DNA from: a virus
Lineage: Duplodnaviria; Caudoviricetes
IMG/VR virus record: IMGVR_UViG_3300043391_000853
Location: 64,001-128,000 of that record
Reading direction: 5' to 3' (one strand)
Length of the DNA stretch: 64,000 nt
Shown here: piece by piece, positions 9,227 through 18,087 of the stretch
How the letters are laid out: every line of letters starts with the position of its first letter
Numbering within the stretch: the first letter of the stretch is position 1
The notes under the pieces: generated by a model
Seen by the model: the letters and a program-made list of their open reading frames with translations, nothing else
Databases searched by the model: none
What the model was told of the DNA's origin: nothing
Program-made: the position numbers and the translations under genes

Positions 9227-9616
9227 TTATTTTTCTGCTGTTACTACCAATTCTCCTGTAGCCAACTCGGTTACAGTGTAATCAAGATCTTCTTCACTCA
9301 TGAACTTCTTAAGCTCATCTAGAGCATAACCCTGCTTAATCTTTTTCATGTTTTGTCCTAGTGATCTTTCTATGCTACCTCCGAAAAAGTCGCACACAAA
9401 GTAAGCATTATTTTCACCATCAATATCGATACCTACATCATACCCTCCTTTCGCAGGATTGACCGCTACGTACCGGTGGAGTTCATCTTTGCGGGGATCG
9501 CTTGGATAGGTATTACACTTTGCATCGTATGTTATAACCCATCCTGCTTTTTCAAACTGCTTCAGCAAATTGCTGATGTTCTTGAACTGCGTCTTGATGT
9601 TTACACTGTGACTCAT
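9227..9616 (-). CDS. DUF1257 / Ycf35-like protein
   Basis: MSHSVNIKTQFKN...YDVGID...CDFF...IKQGYA...GELVVT. Confidence 0.8.
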   Translation of the reverse strand: MSHSVNIKTQFKNISNLLKQFEKAGWVITYDAKCNTYPSDPRKDELHRYVAVNPAKGGYDVGIDIDGENNAYFVCDFFGGSIERSLGQNMKKIKQGYALDELKKFMSEEDLDYTVTELATGELVVTAEK

Positions 9617-9945
9617 AGTATTTGTACTTGATTGTAACTTCCTGCCAGCTGCAGCGATAACTCGGTTATCTCTTTCACGTCAAACGTATCTTCTACAAGT
9701 TTTTTAAAACTTATAAATGTCATTGTTACCGCCTCTGAGACCTCTTTTAGAGAGGGGTAGGCTGGATCTTCGTTGGCTTGGGTCACAAGCACAACAATTT
9801 TATCTTCTTCGATCTTCTGGATATCTCCGTTCGCCACCTCACAGTAAGGTAGTGTGATGGTGTGTCCGTCTCCACGGAACTTCACTGTTAACATGTCGTA
9901 CCTGGGAGGGTCCATCATGTCCGCGTCGTCGTGATTGTCGTGCAT
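9613..9945 (-). CDS. Hypothetical acidic protein
   Basis: Track ORF 9613-9984; ATG 9945 follows the upstream stop by 1 nt. Confidence 0.55.
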   Translation of the reverse strand: MHDNHDDADMMDPPRYDMLTVKFRGDGHTITLPYCEVANGDIQKIEEDKIVVLVTQANEDPAYPSLKEVSEAVTMTFISFKKLVEDTFDVKEITELSLQLAGSYNQVQIL

Positions 9946-9946
9946 A

Positions 9947-11053
9947 CTAGATACTGAGCTTTCTGAAGTACTCTCCTGAGACATTGGCTACGTCCGTGAG
10001 TGCCTTAGCCTCACTAACAACCCCGTTAAGATGACGTTGCAGTATGGCAATGGCGTCTTTATCTTTTGAAAAATCCTTGTCTCCACTAATAAGATTTTCC
10101 ACTTTACTCAATTCAGCCTCGACAGCCTTATCGTCCACGAAGTTCATTTCCCTGAATTCCTGGATGTGTTTGAGTAATGTGCGAATATTGGCTTCACTCA
10201 CTACTTCCTTCTTGTTGATCTTGTTCAGTGCAACTGTACAATGCTCCACGATTTTAGTACGCAGTGTTGACGTGACTTCTCCCACGAAGTCGTTGATCTT
10301 GGCCATGTGGGTGTTTATCTGCTTTTTGTACTCCTCCTGATATCTACGGGAGGCTACCTGCTTCTCTTCGTTGTGTGTGACTTCCCTCTGGATCTCATCC
10401 TGCAGATTAAGCTCTGCAAAGGCTGCAGGAAGAGCGATCTCGAAGGACACAATATCCAAATAGAACTTCTTCTTCACAGCAGCTAGTGAGGGATAGTACG
10501 ACTCAAGATTCTGAATGTCTACAGTATCTTTGTGCTGTTGATAGAATTCAAGGGCTTCCTTCTTGTAATCTTCGTACTTCTCGAGAAATTCATCAACCAT
10601 CGCCAAATACTCGGTTCTGTACTCATTCAACCGACGGTAGACTTCCATGTACTTTGTCTTCGGTACAAAGTGTGCCTGGCTTACAAGCGGGAATTCGAAG
10701 GAATTTGTGTACAGATACTTTCTAATCTTCTGCTCAACATTCTTGAACTTATTATACACAGCAGTCTTGATAAGCATCTTCTTACCCAGCTTAATGGTGT
10801 CTGGTAGCTTGTTGTCGAGCTTGATGTCCCCTTCTTCGAGGTTGTAGCTCATTCCCCACATACCGATGTGGATGTTAACAAGTTTTCCGTCTTGGAAAAC
10901 TTTGTCATAATATTTCTGCAGTGTTTCTGTGATTTTGTACTCATTGGCTGCAGGAACAGGAATATTCATGGCAGGAGTATTGATTGTAGCGGTATTCATG
11001 GTGGTGGTAGTGGTATTCATGGTGGTGGTAGTGGTATTCATGGTAGTACTCAT
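9947..11053 (-). CDS. DUF3150-like helical protein with C-terminal RKLSI
   Basis: LVNIHIGMWG...LGKKMLI...SFEFP...HFVP...FLEKYEDYK...YPS pattern; lies directly downstream of the AAA ATPase. Confidence 0.65.
   Translation of the reverse strand: MSTTMNTTTTTMNTTTTTMNTATINTPAMNIPVPAANEYKITETLQKYYDKVFQDGKLVNIHIGMWGMSYNLEEGDIKLDNKLPDTIKLGKKMLIKTAVYNKFKNVEQKIRKYLYTNSFEFPLVSQAHFVPKTKYMEVYRRLNEYRTEYLAMVDEFLEKYEDYKKEALEFYQQHKDTVDIQNLESYYPSLAAVKKKFYLDIVSFEIALPAAFAELNLQDEIQREVTHNEEKQVASRRYQEEYKKQINTHMAKINDFVGEVTSTLRTKIVEHCTVALNKINKKEVVSEANIRTLLKHIQEFREMNFVDDKAVEAELSKVENLISGDKDFSKDKDAIAILQRHLNGVVSEAKALTDVANVSGEYFRKLSI
10991..11047. repeat. 21-bp tandem repeat (~2.7 copies) encoding MNTTTTT
   Basis: GGTATTCATGGTGGTGGTAGT at 10991 and 11012, partial copy at 11033. 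Confidence 0.9.
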
Positions 11054-11061
11054 AATGATGT

Positions 11062-12645
11062 TTATTCTTCGTTTCCGATTGCGATACTTAGCTTCCGCAT
11101 ATTCTTTTGTACATCTGCGATAGGGTCACCCTTTGGGGTAACCATAACAAGCTTTCCTTGTGCGTGTCTACGCATGGATTTTAGATCTTCTTCATGACTG
11201 GTAGCAAATGGGATGAACTCTGCGAGAACATCCATTACATGGTTATCACTGACCTCTTCCCCTTGGTCGAAGGCCTTGTACAACGCATCTTTAAATACTT
11301 CTTCGATTTCGGCACCTGTGAAGTTTTCTGCTCCACTTACAAGGGTCTTGATGCTGAAGTTTTTGGGGTCTCTACCGTATTTTGCAATCACTACATTGAA
11401 GATCTCTTTTCGCTCTTCAGTGGTAGGGAGGTCTACCCAGAACAGCTGATCAAAGCGACCCTTACGAATGAGCGCTGGAGGCAACAACGTGTGGTTGTTT
11501 GTAGTTGCCACAATAAATGCCGGATTCTTACGGTCATTTAACCAGCTTAGAAATGTGCCGAAGATACGGCTACTGACTCCGCTATCTCCAGCTCCACTCA
11601 CAGCGCTATTGCTGAGAGCTTTCTCGATCTCGTCAATCAATATGACGCATTTGCCGATGCTTTCCACAGTCTTGATCATCTCACGCATATTCTTCTCACT
11701 GTTACCTACAAGTGAATCGAATATGCTGCCGATATCCAAAGCAAACAAAGGACAATCGAATTCCTTTGCTATAGCTTTACAGATAAGACTTTTGCCTGTG
11801 CCAGGTACACTCGCCAAGAGCATACCTTTAGGCATCGGAAGATTGTAATCTCTGGCGCTCTTGGAGTAGGCCTTTTTACGGGTGGTCAACCAATTCTTTA
11901 GCCCTTGCATGCCGCCAACATTAGCAAAACTAATATTTGGTTCCATGTATGTGAGCAAGCCGTTCTTTTTCAGCTGGGCAATCTTCTCTTGGAATACTGC
12001 TTCCACGAAGACCTCATTAAAGCTACGTACAGCCTCCCAGGCTAGGCTGAAGGCGTTCTCGACTTCAAGATAGGTCATACCCTTAGCGGCTTCAACTGCA
12101 CCCTCGGCAACGCTCTCCGAAATATCTATTGGTGCGCGTCCTGCATCTTCACGTTCTTTGTTGATGGAGCTTCTGACAAACATCAATCTCTCCTTGATGT
12201 CTTCTCCGCTTGGGAGGTCGTAGTCTAATAGCTGGATTTCTTTGTGTAGTTCGGCAGGGACAGCGAACTTGTGACCTACAAAGACAATCATATTCCTACG
12301 ACTTTTGAGGACATTCCAAGCATTCCTGAGGAGCCGGATGTTAATTACCTTGTCGAAGTGTAGATGGAAATCTTTAAGAATGAAGATGGTGTTCGGGAAC
12401 TTATAGTTCTGAATATACTTTAGGAGGTCTGCAGTAGTCTTTGTTTCCTCAGGATGATTAATCTCATTTGCCCCTGCTTTGAATACGAGACCGTTTTGCG
12501 CATCCCATTCATGAATACTGATCGAGGGGTCTTTTTCACGAATGGTGAAGAGATCCTTTACGAATCTTCCTTCTTCGTGGGTCATGACAAACAGCCCTGG
12601 GTAGCTGGCCTTTTGATAGTTTTGTAATTTAGATATGAAGTCCAT
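11062..12645 (-). CDS. Ycf46-like AAA+ ATPase
   Basis: N-domain THEEGR...FILKDFH; VGGMQGLKNWL; Walker A SVPGTGKS; Walker B ILIDEIEK; SRH TTNNHTLLPPALIRKGRFD; FTGAEIE. Confidence 0.9.
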   Translation of the reverse strand: MDFISKLQNYQKASYPGLFVMTHEEGRFVKDLFTIREKDPSISIHEWDAQNGLVFKAGANEINHPEETKTTADLLKYIQNYKFPNTIFILKDFHLHFDKVINIRLLRNAWNVLKSRRNMIVFVGHKFAVPAELHKEIQLLDYDLPSGEDIKERLMFVRSSINKEREDAGRAPIDISESVAEGAVEAAKGMTYLEVENAFSLAWEAVRSFNEVFVEAVFQEKIAQLKKNGLLTYMEPNISFANVGGMQGLKNWLTTRKKAYSKSARDYNLPMPKGMLLASVPGTGKSLICKAIAKEFDCPLFALDIGSIFDSLVGNSEKNMREMIKTVESIGKCVILIDEIEKALSNSAVSGAGDSGVSSRIFGTFLSWLNDRKNPAFIVATTNNHTLLPPALIRKGRFDQLFWVDLPTTEERKEIFNVVIAKYGRDPKNFSIKTLVSGAENFTGAEIEEVFKDALYKAFDQGEEVSDNHVMDVLAEFIPFATSHEEDLKSMRRHAQGKLVMVTPKGDPIADVQKNMRKLSIAIGNEE

Positions 12646-13189
12646 GTTTAATAGTTGGTATGAAGTTATTTTTTTTGTACTGCTTATTGATTTCTTCGTC
12701 TTGTACGATGAAGAAACCTAGGATATCTGAGATGATATTGTGCTGTACCGCTAAACCGTTCTTCATTGATCTGGAACGGTAGTGCTGCATCTCCGATGGA
12801 TGCATTTTTTTCTCCAACCACTTTGCTGCAACAAGCAAAGGGTGTTCCTCAACCGCTGACGCTGTCAGTGGTTTAACTTTAGCAACCTCAGGTTTATGAG
12901 GTTTAACCGACGTATCTTTTTTCTTGTTTCCTGGAGGTCTCCCTCTTTTTTTAGCTACAGCAGGAGAGGGAGAAGGCAAGGCCTCAGGTAAACTAGGTTT
13001 ATTTTTAGACCCTGGCGGTCTCCCTCTTTTCTTAGCTGGCTGTGCGAGACTATTACTTACACTTACAACGAGCTCTTTCGGCTTATTCTTTGATCCTGGA
13101 GGCCTTCCTCTTTTCTTTTGTGTATCTATGCCCGAATTAGCTGTTCTCTGGAGGTTGAGGCAGTCCTTTTTTGTGGATTTTCCGCTCAT
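12629..13189 (-). CDS. AT-hook DNA-binding protein
   Basis: Three KKRGRPPG(S/N)K repeats; first ATG at 13189. Confidence 0.75.
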   Translation of the reverse strand: MSGKSTKKDCLNLQRTANSGIDTQKKRGRPPGSKNKPKELVVSVSNSLAQPAKKRGRPPGSKNKPSLPEALPSPSPAVAKKRGRPPGNKKKDTSVKPHKPEVAKVKPLTASAVEEHPLLVAAKWLEKKMHPSEMQHYRSRSMKNGLAVQHNIISDILGFFIVQDEEINKQYKKNNFIPTIKHGLHI

Positions 13190-13298
13190 GCGATTTCGCA
13201 ACGTCAGTATAGTAACGGTCTTCGAGTTTTAACTTGTCGACTCGTTTATACAGATTTTGTCTATCTCGGAGTTGATATTTACGAATAGTCTTACCCAT
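13137..13298 (-). CDS. Small basic protein (53 aa, below the track cutoff)
   Basis: Manual translation MGKTIRKYQLRDRQNLYKRVDKLKLEDRYYTDVAKSHERKIHKKGLPQPPENS; just downstream of a TGnTATAAT box. Confidence 0.45.
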   Translation of the reverse strand: MGKTIRKYQLRDRQNLYKRVDKLKLEDRYYTDVAKSHERKIHKKGLPQPPENS

Positions 13299-13301
13299 AA
13301 T

Positions 13302-13322
13302 ACCTATGATTATATCATAGGT
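13302..13322 (-). promoter_or_regulatory. Extended -10 promoter overlapped by a perfect palindrome (candidate operator)
   Basis: ACCTATGAT-tat-ATCATAGGT; the minus strand reads TGATATAAT within it. Confidence 0.55.
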
Positions 13323-13495
13323 TATTTGGATTTGTAGACTCTATAATGCTTTTTTCTCTTGTGAGCGTAGTTCTTATTGAACATACTGGTTAGTGCGCTT
13401 AGAGAAGACTCGAAGAAACTGAACAGTCCTTCTGCTGTGGGTTCTATGTGCGAGTTGTTGCATGCATAGTTATTATTATTTTTTTTGCTGAATTT

Positions 13496-15226
13496 ATGAC
13501 GGCCCATGATACGATTAAAGACACTGTGGATAAACTGCTCCGCAAAAACAACGCGAAGTCAGCATTTCTTGCCCGACAATTAATGTTTTCGGTACTGCCT
13601 CCCTCGCATTTTGTCGAGAATTATCTATATGATAACGAGGGTAGGTTGCAAAAGCTGGATGCGTTCCCTATGTTGAAGCATATATATGACAATATGCCTC
13701 AAAAGCTGTTACTGAAATGTAGCCGTAAAACTTTGAAGAGTACGCTACTCAGTAATTTTGTATGTCTTAATTTAATACGTTATAACTACTACAAGATGAT
13801 GTATGTTGGGCCCCAAGAGATGACTACAAAGTATTTTTCAAGTAATTACATCCCTCCCAGGTTTGATAGCCCGAAGATTAAGAATTTGCTCGTTAAAGGG
13901 TGGTTTAAAAATGATGTATTTGAAAAGATATTGGATGATACGCATAGTAGTGTGTTATTTAGATATGTTAGTGATGATGCCACCAGAACTCGTGGTCCTG
14001 CGATAGATTGTGTTGTATATGACGAAATACAAGACATCCAGCACGACCAGATTCCGATTATTCAAGAAACAATGGCTATGAGTCCATATAAGCGAGAAAT
14101 ATTTGCAGGGACCCCTTTGGACTCCACAAATACAATTCACAGAATATGGAACACATCTAGCCAGCTTGAATGGATGATGAAGTGTAGCGGTTGTAATCAT
14201 TGGAATTCTCTGACTGAAGGTAACGACCCATTAAAAATGGTGCTGCCTCACGGTCTTAGTTGTAGCAAATGTTCAAATCGTTTGAATTCACGTACAGGTG
14301 AATGGGTTAGCATGAATCCTGGAGAATCATTACTCACAGGTTATCATTTGGCTCAGCCGTTACTGCCGCACTTTAACGAAGATCCCAAAGAATGGAAAGA
14401 GATCCATGAAAAGGTGCATAGCGGTAAGAACGAGCTCAACGTGGTGATGAACGAAACGTTCGGTATAACTTACGATATAGGATCTAAGCCTATCACCAAA
14501 GAAGAGCTTGTGAAGCTGTGTGTGCTTGGTCCTCAGTTTGATGATGCCGAGGGCAAGAACATGACTATTCTTAATAAGCACAGGCATCTTTACTCGTTAT
14601 ACACCATGGGAATCGATTGGGGTGTTAGTATGGCTCAGTCTAGGACGGTAGCCACGCTCGGAGGAATGCGTCGGGATGGTATCTTTGAAATCATCATGGC
14701 TAAGATATATCGTGGATATGACCATGAGGCGCACATTAGAGATATAGCTGACAAGGCTAATACTGTGCATGCTTATTGTGTATCTGACTCTGGTCCTGAT
14801 CCAATACGAGGCATAAAACTTTGCGAACTCACAAGTCCGCAAAGATCTCAGTTAGCTGCCTATAGAAGAACCAAGATGATTCAGCATTTTGAGCCTGGTG
14901 TATATGACTGGAGACAGAACAGATGGGTACTGCATCGTTCCGACGTAATATCTCTAGTAATCAGGCAGCTTAAGGCCGGTAAAATCCTGTTCCCTCAGTG
15001 GGGTGATGTATCTGAGTATATGCAAGACCTTATGAACGTGTTTCTTGAGGTTCGTGACGGATTGTATGGGCAGGAGCTGATATATAGCCATCACCCAAAG
15101 CAACCGGACGATGCAATGCATAGTCTTGTGTTTTGCGTCTGTGCAGCCTATATGGCTACTGGCGATGCAGGGCTTATAGGACCTAGTTCATCGTACAAGG
15201 ATGACTTTGTGGCTGACGTTAGTTAA
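13496..15226 (+). CDS. terL: Terminase large subunit (lambda GpA-like)
   Basis: Likely start ATG 13496; KCSRKTLKST (variant Walker A), RTRGPAIDCVVYDEIQD (Walker B), AGTP, zinc ribbon CSGC...CSKC, GYHL, nuclease motifs MGIDWG and PDDAMHS. Confidence 0.88.
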   Translation: MTAHDTIKDTVDKLLRKNNAKSAFLARQLMFSVLPPSHFVENYLYDNEGRLQKLDAFPMLKHIYDNMPQKLLLKCSRKTLKSTLLSNFVCLNLIRYNYYKMMYVGPQEMTTKYFSSNYIPPRFDSPKIKNLLVKGWFKNDVFEKILDDTHSSVLFRYVSDDATRTRGPAIDCVVYDEIQDIQHDQIPIIQETMAMSPYKREIFAGTPLDSTNTIHRIWNTSSQLEWMMKCSGCNHWNSLTEGNDPLKMVLPHGLSCSKCSNRLNSRTGEWVSMNPGESLLTGYHLAQPLLPHFNEDPKEWKEIHEKVHSGKNELNVVMNETFGITYDIGSKPITKEELVKLCVLGPQFDDAEGKNMTILNKHRHLYSLYTMGIDWGVSMAQSRTVATLGGMRRDGIFEIIMAKIYRGYDHEAHIRDIADKANTVHAYCVSDSGPDPIRGIKLCELTSPQRSQLAAYRRTKMIQHFEPGVYDWRQNRWVLHRSDVISLVIRQLKAGKILFPQWGDVSEYMQDLMNVFLEVRDGLYGQELIYSHHPKQPDDAMHSLVFCVCAAYMATGDAGLIGPSSSYKDDFVADVS

Positions 15227-16370
15227 AGCCTACTCTACGCTGCTCTGGGGGCTTGTAGCCCGTCTCGCTCGTGTAGTTGTATATTTCAGCTAGAGTCATC
15301 TCCTCGTTAATCTCAGACGCCTCTATACCTAGTTTTTCTGCGATTTTCCTGCAGTTGCTTACACTCAGTTTTTTGAACTCGTGTATCATCCTGAGTCTGC
15401 CTTTTCTAAGTAGCGCTTCGTCGATCTTATCTTTTTCTGTATTGAAGGTAGCGATGATAGTTATATTCAAAGCCTGACCAATAAAGCCGTCAGTAAGATT
15501 GAGTATGGTAGAGACAATCGTTGCGTTATCGGATACCTCTCTAGATAGTAAGGCCTTTTCGGCATCTTCAAGAACTAGGACGATATCCTTGTTCTCCATC
15601 AATAAAGGCATCATATCCGGATGTGTGAGTCTATCTATTAGACTTACTGGAATGTATGCAATCTTACGGGTTATCTCGCCAGTAAGTAGATGCTTGATGT
15701 AAGAGGATTTGCCTGTGCCGGGTTTACCGTAAAACAAGTATAAGCCTGAGGTCTTCTCATTAACGCTTTTAACAAGGGTACTATGAAAATCCTTGAACTC
15801 TTCGCCATAGTTTAACGCGAGGTCCATGTTCATCTCAGGTATAGGCATGCCTGCGAACGTGAGATCTCCGTAACTGCTGGAGAGCATGTACATTTTACTT
15901 TTACGTTCAAGCTTATGCTTATCCATGAGATTGAACACTATTTGAGCTTTGCTGCGATCACGGCAGGCTGCCCTGACACCTACATAAAGGTTCTCCATAA
16001 GCTGTTGCTTTTCTCTTAAGCTCTGCGAGGAGAATATTATGCCGTGCAGGTCGTAAGGCATGTCGTCTTGCCCTCCAGCTTTATATGTTACACTTAAAAA
16101 GATGCCTGCATAATCTGTTTCGGCCTTGCCTACCCAAACTCCTTCCTCAATTACACGATCACCGACTTTGTTAATGTCGGCACACAGAAGCTCAAAATAT
16201 TTCTGAATATCTTCCAAGCAGGTGGTTTCAAACTCATCAGAGAAACTCACTGTGGTAGGGAGTACACCGTAAAGCTTATTAAAAATGTACTCTAACCTTT
16301 TGGCGCTAGACGCCTGGGGCTGTAGGTAGAAATCGAACCCTATCAAGTTACTCGTGTTTAATTCATGCAT
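15219..16370 (-). CDS. AAA+ ATPase (single-domain, BCS1-like) with C-terminal RRVGF
   Basis: YGKPGTGKS, LVLEDAE, LNLTDG, TFN...IDEALLRKGRL. Confidence 0.88.
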   Translation of the reverse strand: MHELNTSNLIGFDFYLQPQASSAKRLEYIFNKLYGVLPTTVSFSDEFETTCLEDIQKYFELLCADINKVGDRVIEEGVWVGKAETDYAGIFLSVTYKAGGQDDMPYDLHGIIFSSQSLREKQQLMENLYVGVRAACRDRSKAQIVFNLMDKHKLERKSKMYMLSSSYGDLTFAGMPIPEMNMDLALNYGEEFKDFHSTLVKSVNEKTSGLYLFYGKPGTGKSSYIKHLLTGEITRKIAYIPVSLIDRLTHPDMMPLLMENKDIVLVLEDAEKALLSREVSDNATIVSTILNLTDGFIGQALNITIIATFNTEKDKIDEALLRKGRLRMIHEFKKLSVSNCRKIAEKLGIEASEINEEMTLAEIYNYTSETGYKPPEQRRVGFN

Positions 16371-16906
16371 TCGTCTAAATATTTTTTAGTTGTTCTAATC
16401 TTATCTTGAAAGATCTCGTATAAGGCCTCGTTCTTGTTGTCATCATTTCCATCTTTCTCAAGCATCAAAGCCTTAGGGAAAAGCGCGGGAGGCTTATGGA
16501 ATCCGTAGTCGTAGAAAATTTTACCTGCGTACACTCTCACCTCTGGAGAAAAATGGAACTCGTCTCCACGGATAAGGTAGGCCTCAGTCATTCCACAGAT
16601 CAACTCTTCTGCCTCTAGAGGGTTGATCTCGTCTAAATTATCTGGTTGGTGGATGAATAGATAGTTCAGTGTCTCAAACACCGTTATTTTGTGCTCGTAC
16701 ACATCTGTAGTCAATACTGTGATCGCTGCTTGCAACTTGTCCGACTGCAGATCGGATATACTACAGGCGTAGTCTTCCTGGAGTTCAGCCCTCAATACCT
16801 CAGGCTCCCAAGGGTAACATTCGCTGCCGTATTTTTTAGTTACTAGCCACAGCAGTACAGTAGCCGGAGCTTTATCGTCTTCCAATATTTCTTTAGGGGT
16901 CTTCAT
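16358..16906 (-). CDS. Hypothetical protein
   Basis: Track ORF extends to 16933, abutting a terminator; ATG 16906 (MKTPKE) preferred. Confidence 0.65.
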   Translation of the reverse strand: MKTPKEILEDDKAPATVLLWLVTKKYGSECYPWEPEVLRAELQEDYACSISDLQSDKLQAAITVLTTDVYEHKITVFETLNYLFIHQPDNLDEINPLEAEELICGMTEAYLIRGDEFHFSPEVRVYAGKIFYDYGFHKPPALFPKALMLEKDGNDDNKNEALYEIFQDKIRTTKKYLDECMN

Positions 16907-16933
16907 GGTTGTATGTTCTAGTACTGTAAACAT

Positions 16934-16964
16934 AAAAAGCCCGGAGGGTTAGTCCGGGCTTTTT
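16934..16964. terminator. Bidirectional intrinsic terminator
   Basis: AAAAAGCCCGGA-gggttag-TCCGGGCTTTTT. Confidence 0.85.
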
Positions 16965-16981
16965 AGCTGCTTGAGTGTAGC

Positions 16982-18049
16982 TTAGACAGGTCGGAGCCCT
17001 GTAATCTCTTCTAGGAGCTTCATGTCGCTCCTAGGCATTGTGGGAAGAATTTCCGCGATCTTTTCAGGATACGCGGGATCAATGCCGCTATCACCAAAGG
17101 CTTCTTCGTACTTATCTTTACTGATCTTGGAAAGATCATCTAGCTTGTATTTGTCGCCGTGTACTTCTACGTAGCTAAGGTCACTGGCAACTTTTGTTAT
17201 TTGCTCTGTAAGCAACATATCTACAGGATCTCCGAGAAGCTGAGCTGTCTTGGTGTTGTCGTAAAGACCTTCTGAATTTTCGATGTGGAACATTGTTTCC
17301 GCCACCTTCATGACTTCACCGAGGTTTGTCATGTTGGAGAGATCATCTATAATGGCGCTGTAAATTGCCTTATTGGCTTCACTCGCGAGCTTGGTGCTTC
17401 TACGCCAAACTTCCTGCCTCATTCCTGTGGGTCCGAGATCCGGGAAATACATACCGGCATACTTACATATGAGATCAGGCAGCTCATCTACACCAAGCTC
17501 TTCCGCAGCTTTCACAAAATTTTCAGCAGACTTAATTCTTGTTTGGAAGGGGAACTTGCTGATGTTTTTAACAAAAGCTTCAGCAGAATCGGTAAGGTCG
17601 CTCGCAGTCTTTACAGGATACAGCTGCATTACTATAGGAAAACCTCCGATATCCATCTGGTCATCCACCATGTACTGCGAGCCGTAATCACTGGCGAGTT
17701 TAACGTTAAGACTACTATTATAGTCCTGTAGGTCTTGAGAGATATCTAGAATCTCTGCAGCTTTCTCAATTTCTTTTTGTATTTGACTGGCGTAGTCTTC
17801 ACCGTATAGTTTAACTATATCAGCGCGCTTGTTTATGAAATGTGCGTTGGATACGTAAACCCTAGCCGCATTATTAATTGGATAAATCATCCTTTCAGGA
17901 TCAGCGAAAGCCGCTTTCGGAAGTTTCCGAAGGTCGTGCATATCGTCCACTTCAGCTGTTTTCACATACTCAGGTAGATCTACTCCAGCCACCATGTTGT
18001 ACAGTTCCTTGCCCGAATAGTCTGTCTGTTGGTCAAATGCGATTTTCAT
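16982..18049 (-). CDS. K-x-A-motif-rich protein, probably virion head-associated
   Basis: About 15 K-x-A motifs (VKTAE, VKLAS, VKTAS, TKLAS, TKVAS and others); has its own promoter and terminator. Confidence 0.6.
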   Translation of the reverse strand: MKIAFDQQTDYSGKELYNMVAGVDLPEYVKTAEVDDMHDLRKLPKAAFADPERMIYPINNAARVYVSNAHFINKRADIVKLYGEDYASQIQKEIEKAAEILDISQDLQDYNSSLNVKLASDYGSQYMVDDQMDIGGFPIVMQLYPVKTASDLTDSAEAFVKNISKFPFQTRIKSAENFVKAAEELGVDELPDLICKYAGMYFPDLGPTGMRQEVWRRSTKLASEANKAIYSAIIDDLSNMTNLGEVMKVAETMFHIENSEGLYDNTKTAQLLGDPVDMLLTEQITKVASDLSYVEVHGDKYKLDDLSKISKDKYEEAFGDSGIDPAYPEKIAEILPTMPRSDMKLLEEITGLRPV

Positions 18050-18059
18050 ATTTACTCTA

Positions 18060-18087
18060 ATTATACTATGTTATTAAACTCATTCAA
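18060..18087 (-). promoter_or_regulatory. Sigma70-type promoter for the gene starting at 18049
   Basis: TTGAAT-16-TATAAT, 10 nt upstream of ATG. Confidence 0.55.

Noticed and set aside
13322-13507. 61-aa minus-strand ORF overlapping the terL start
   Set aside because: Low-complexity N-terminus from an AT-rich tract and no motif. A shorter real ORF cannot be excluded.
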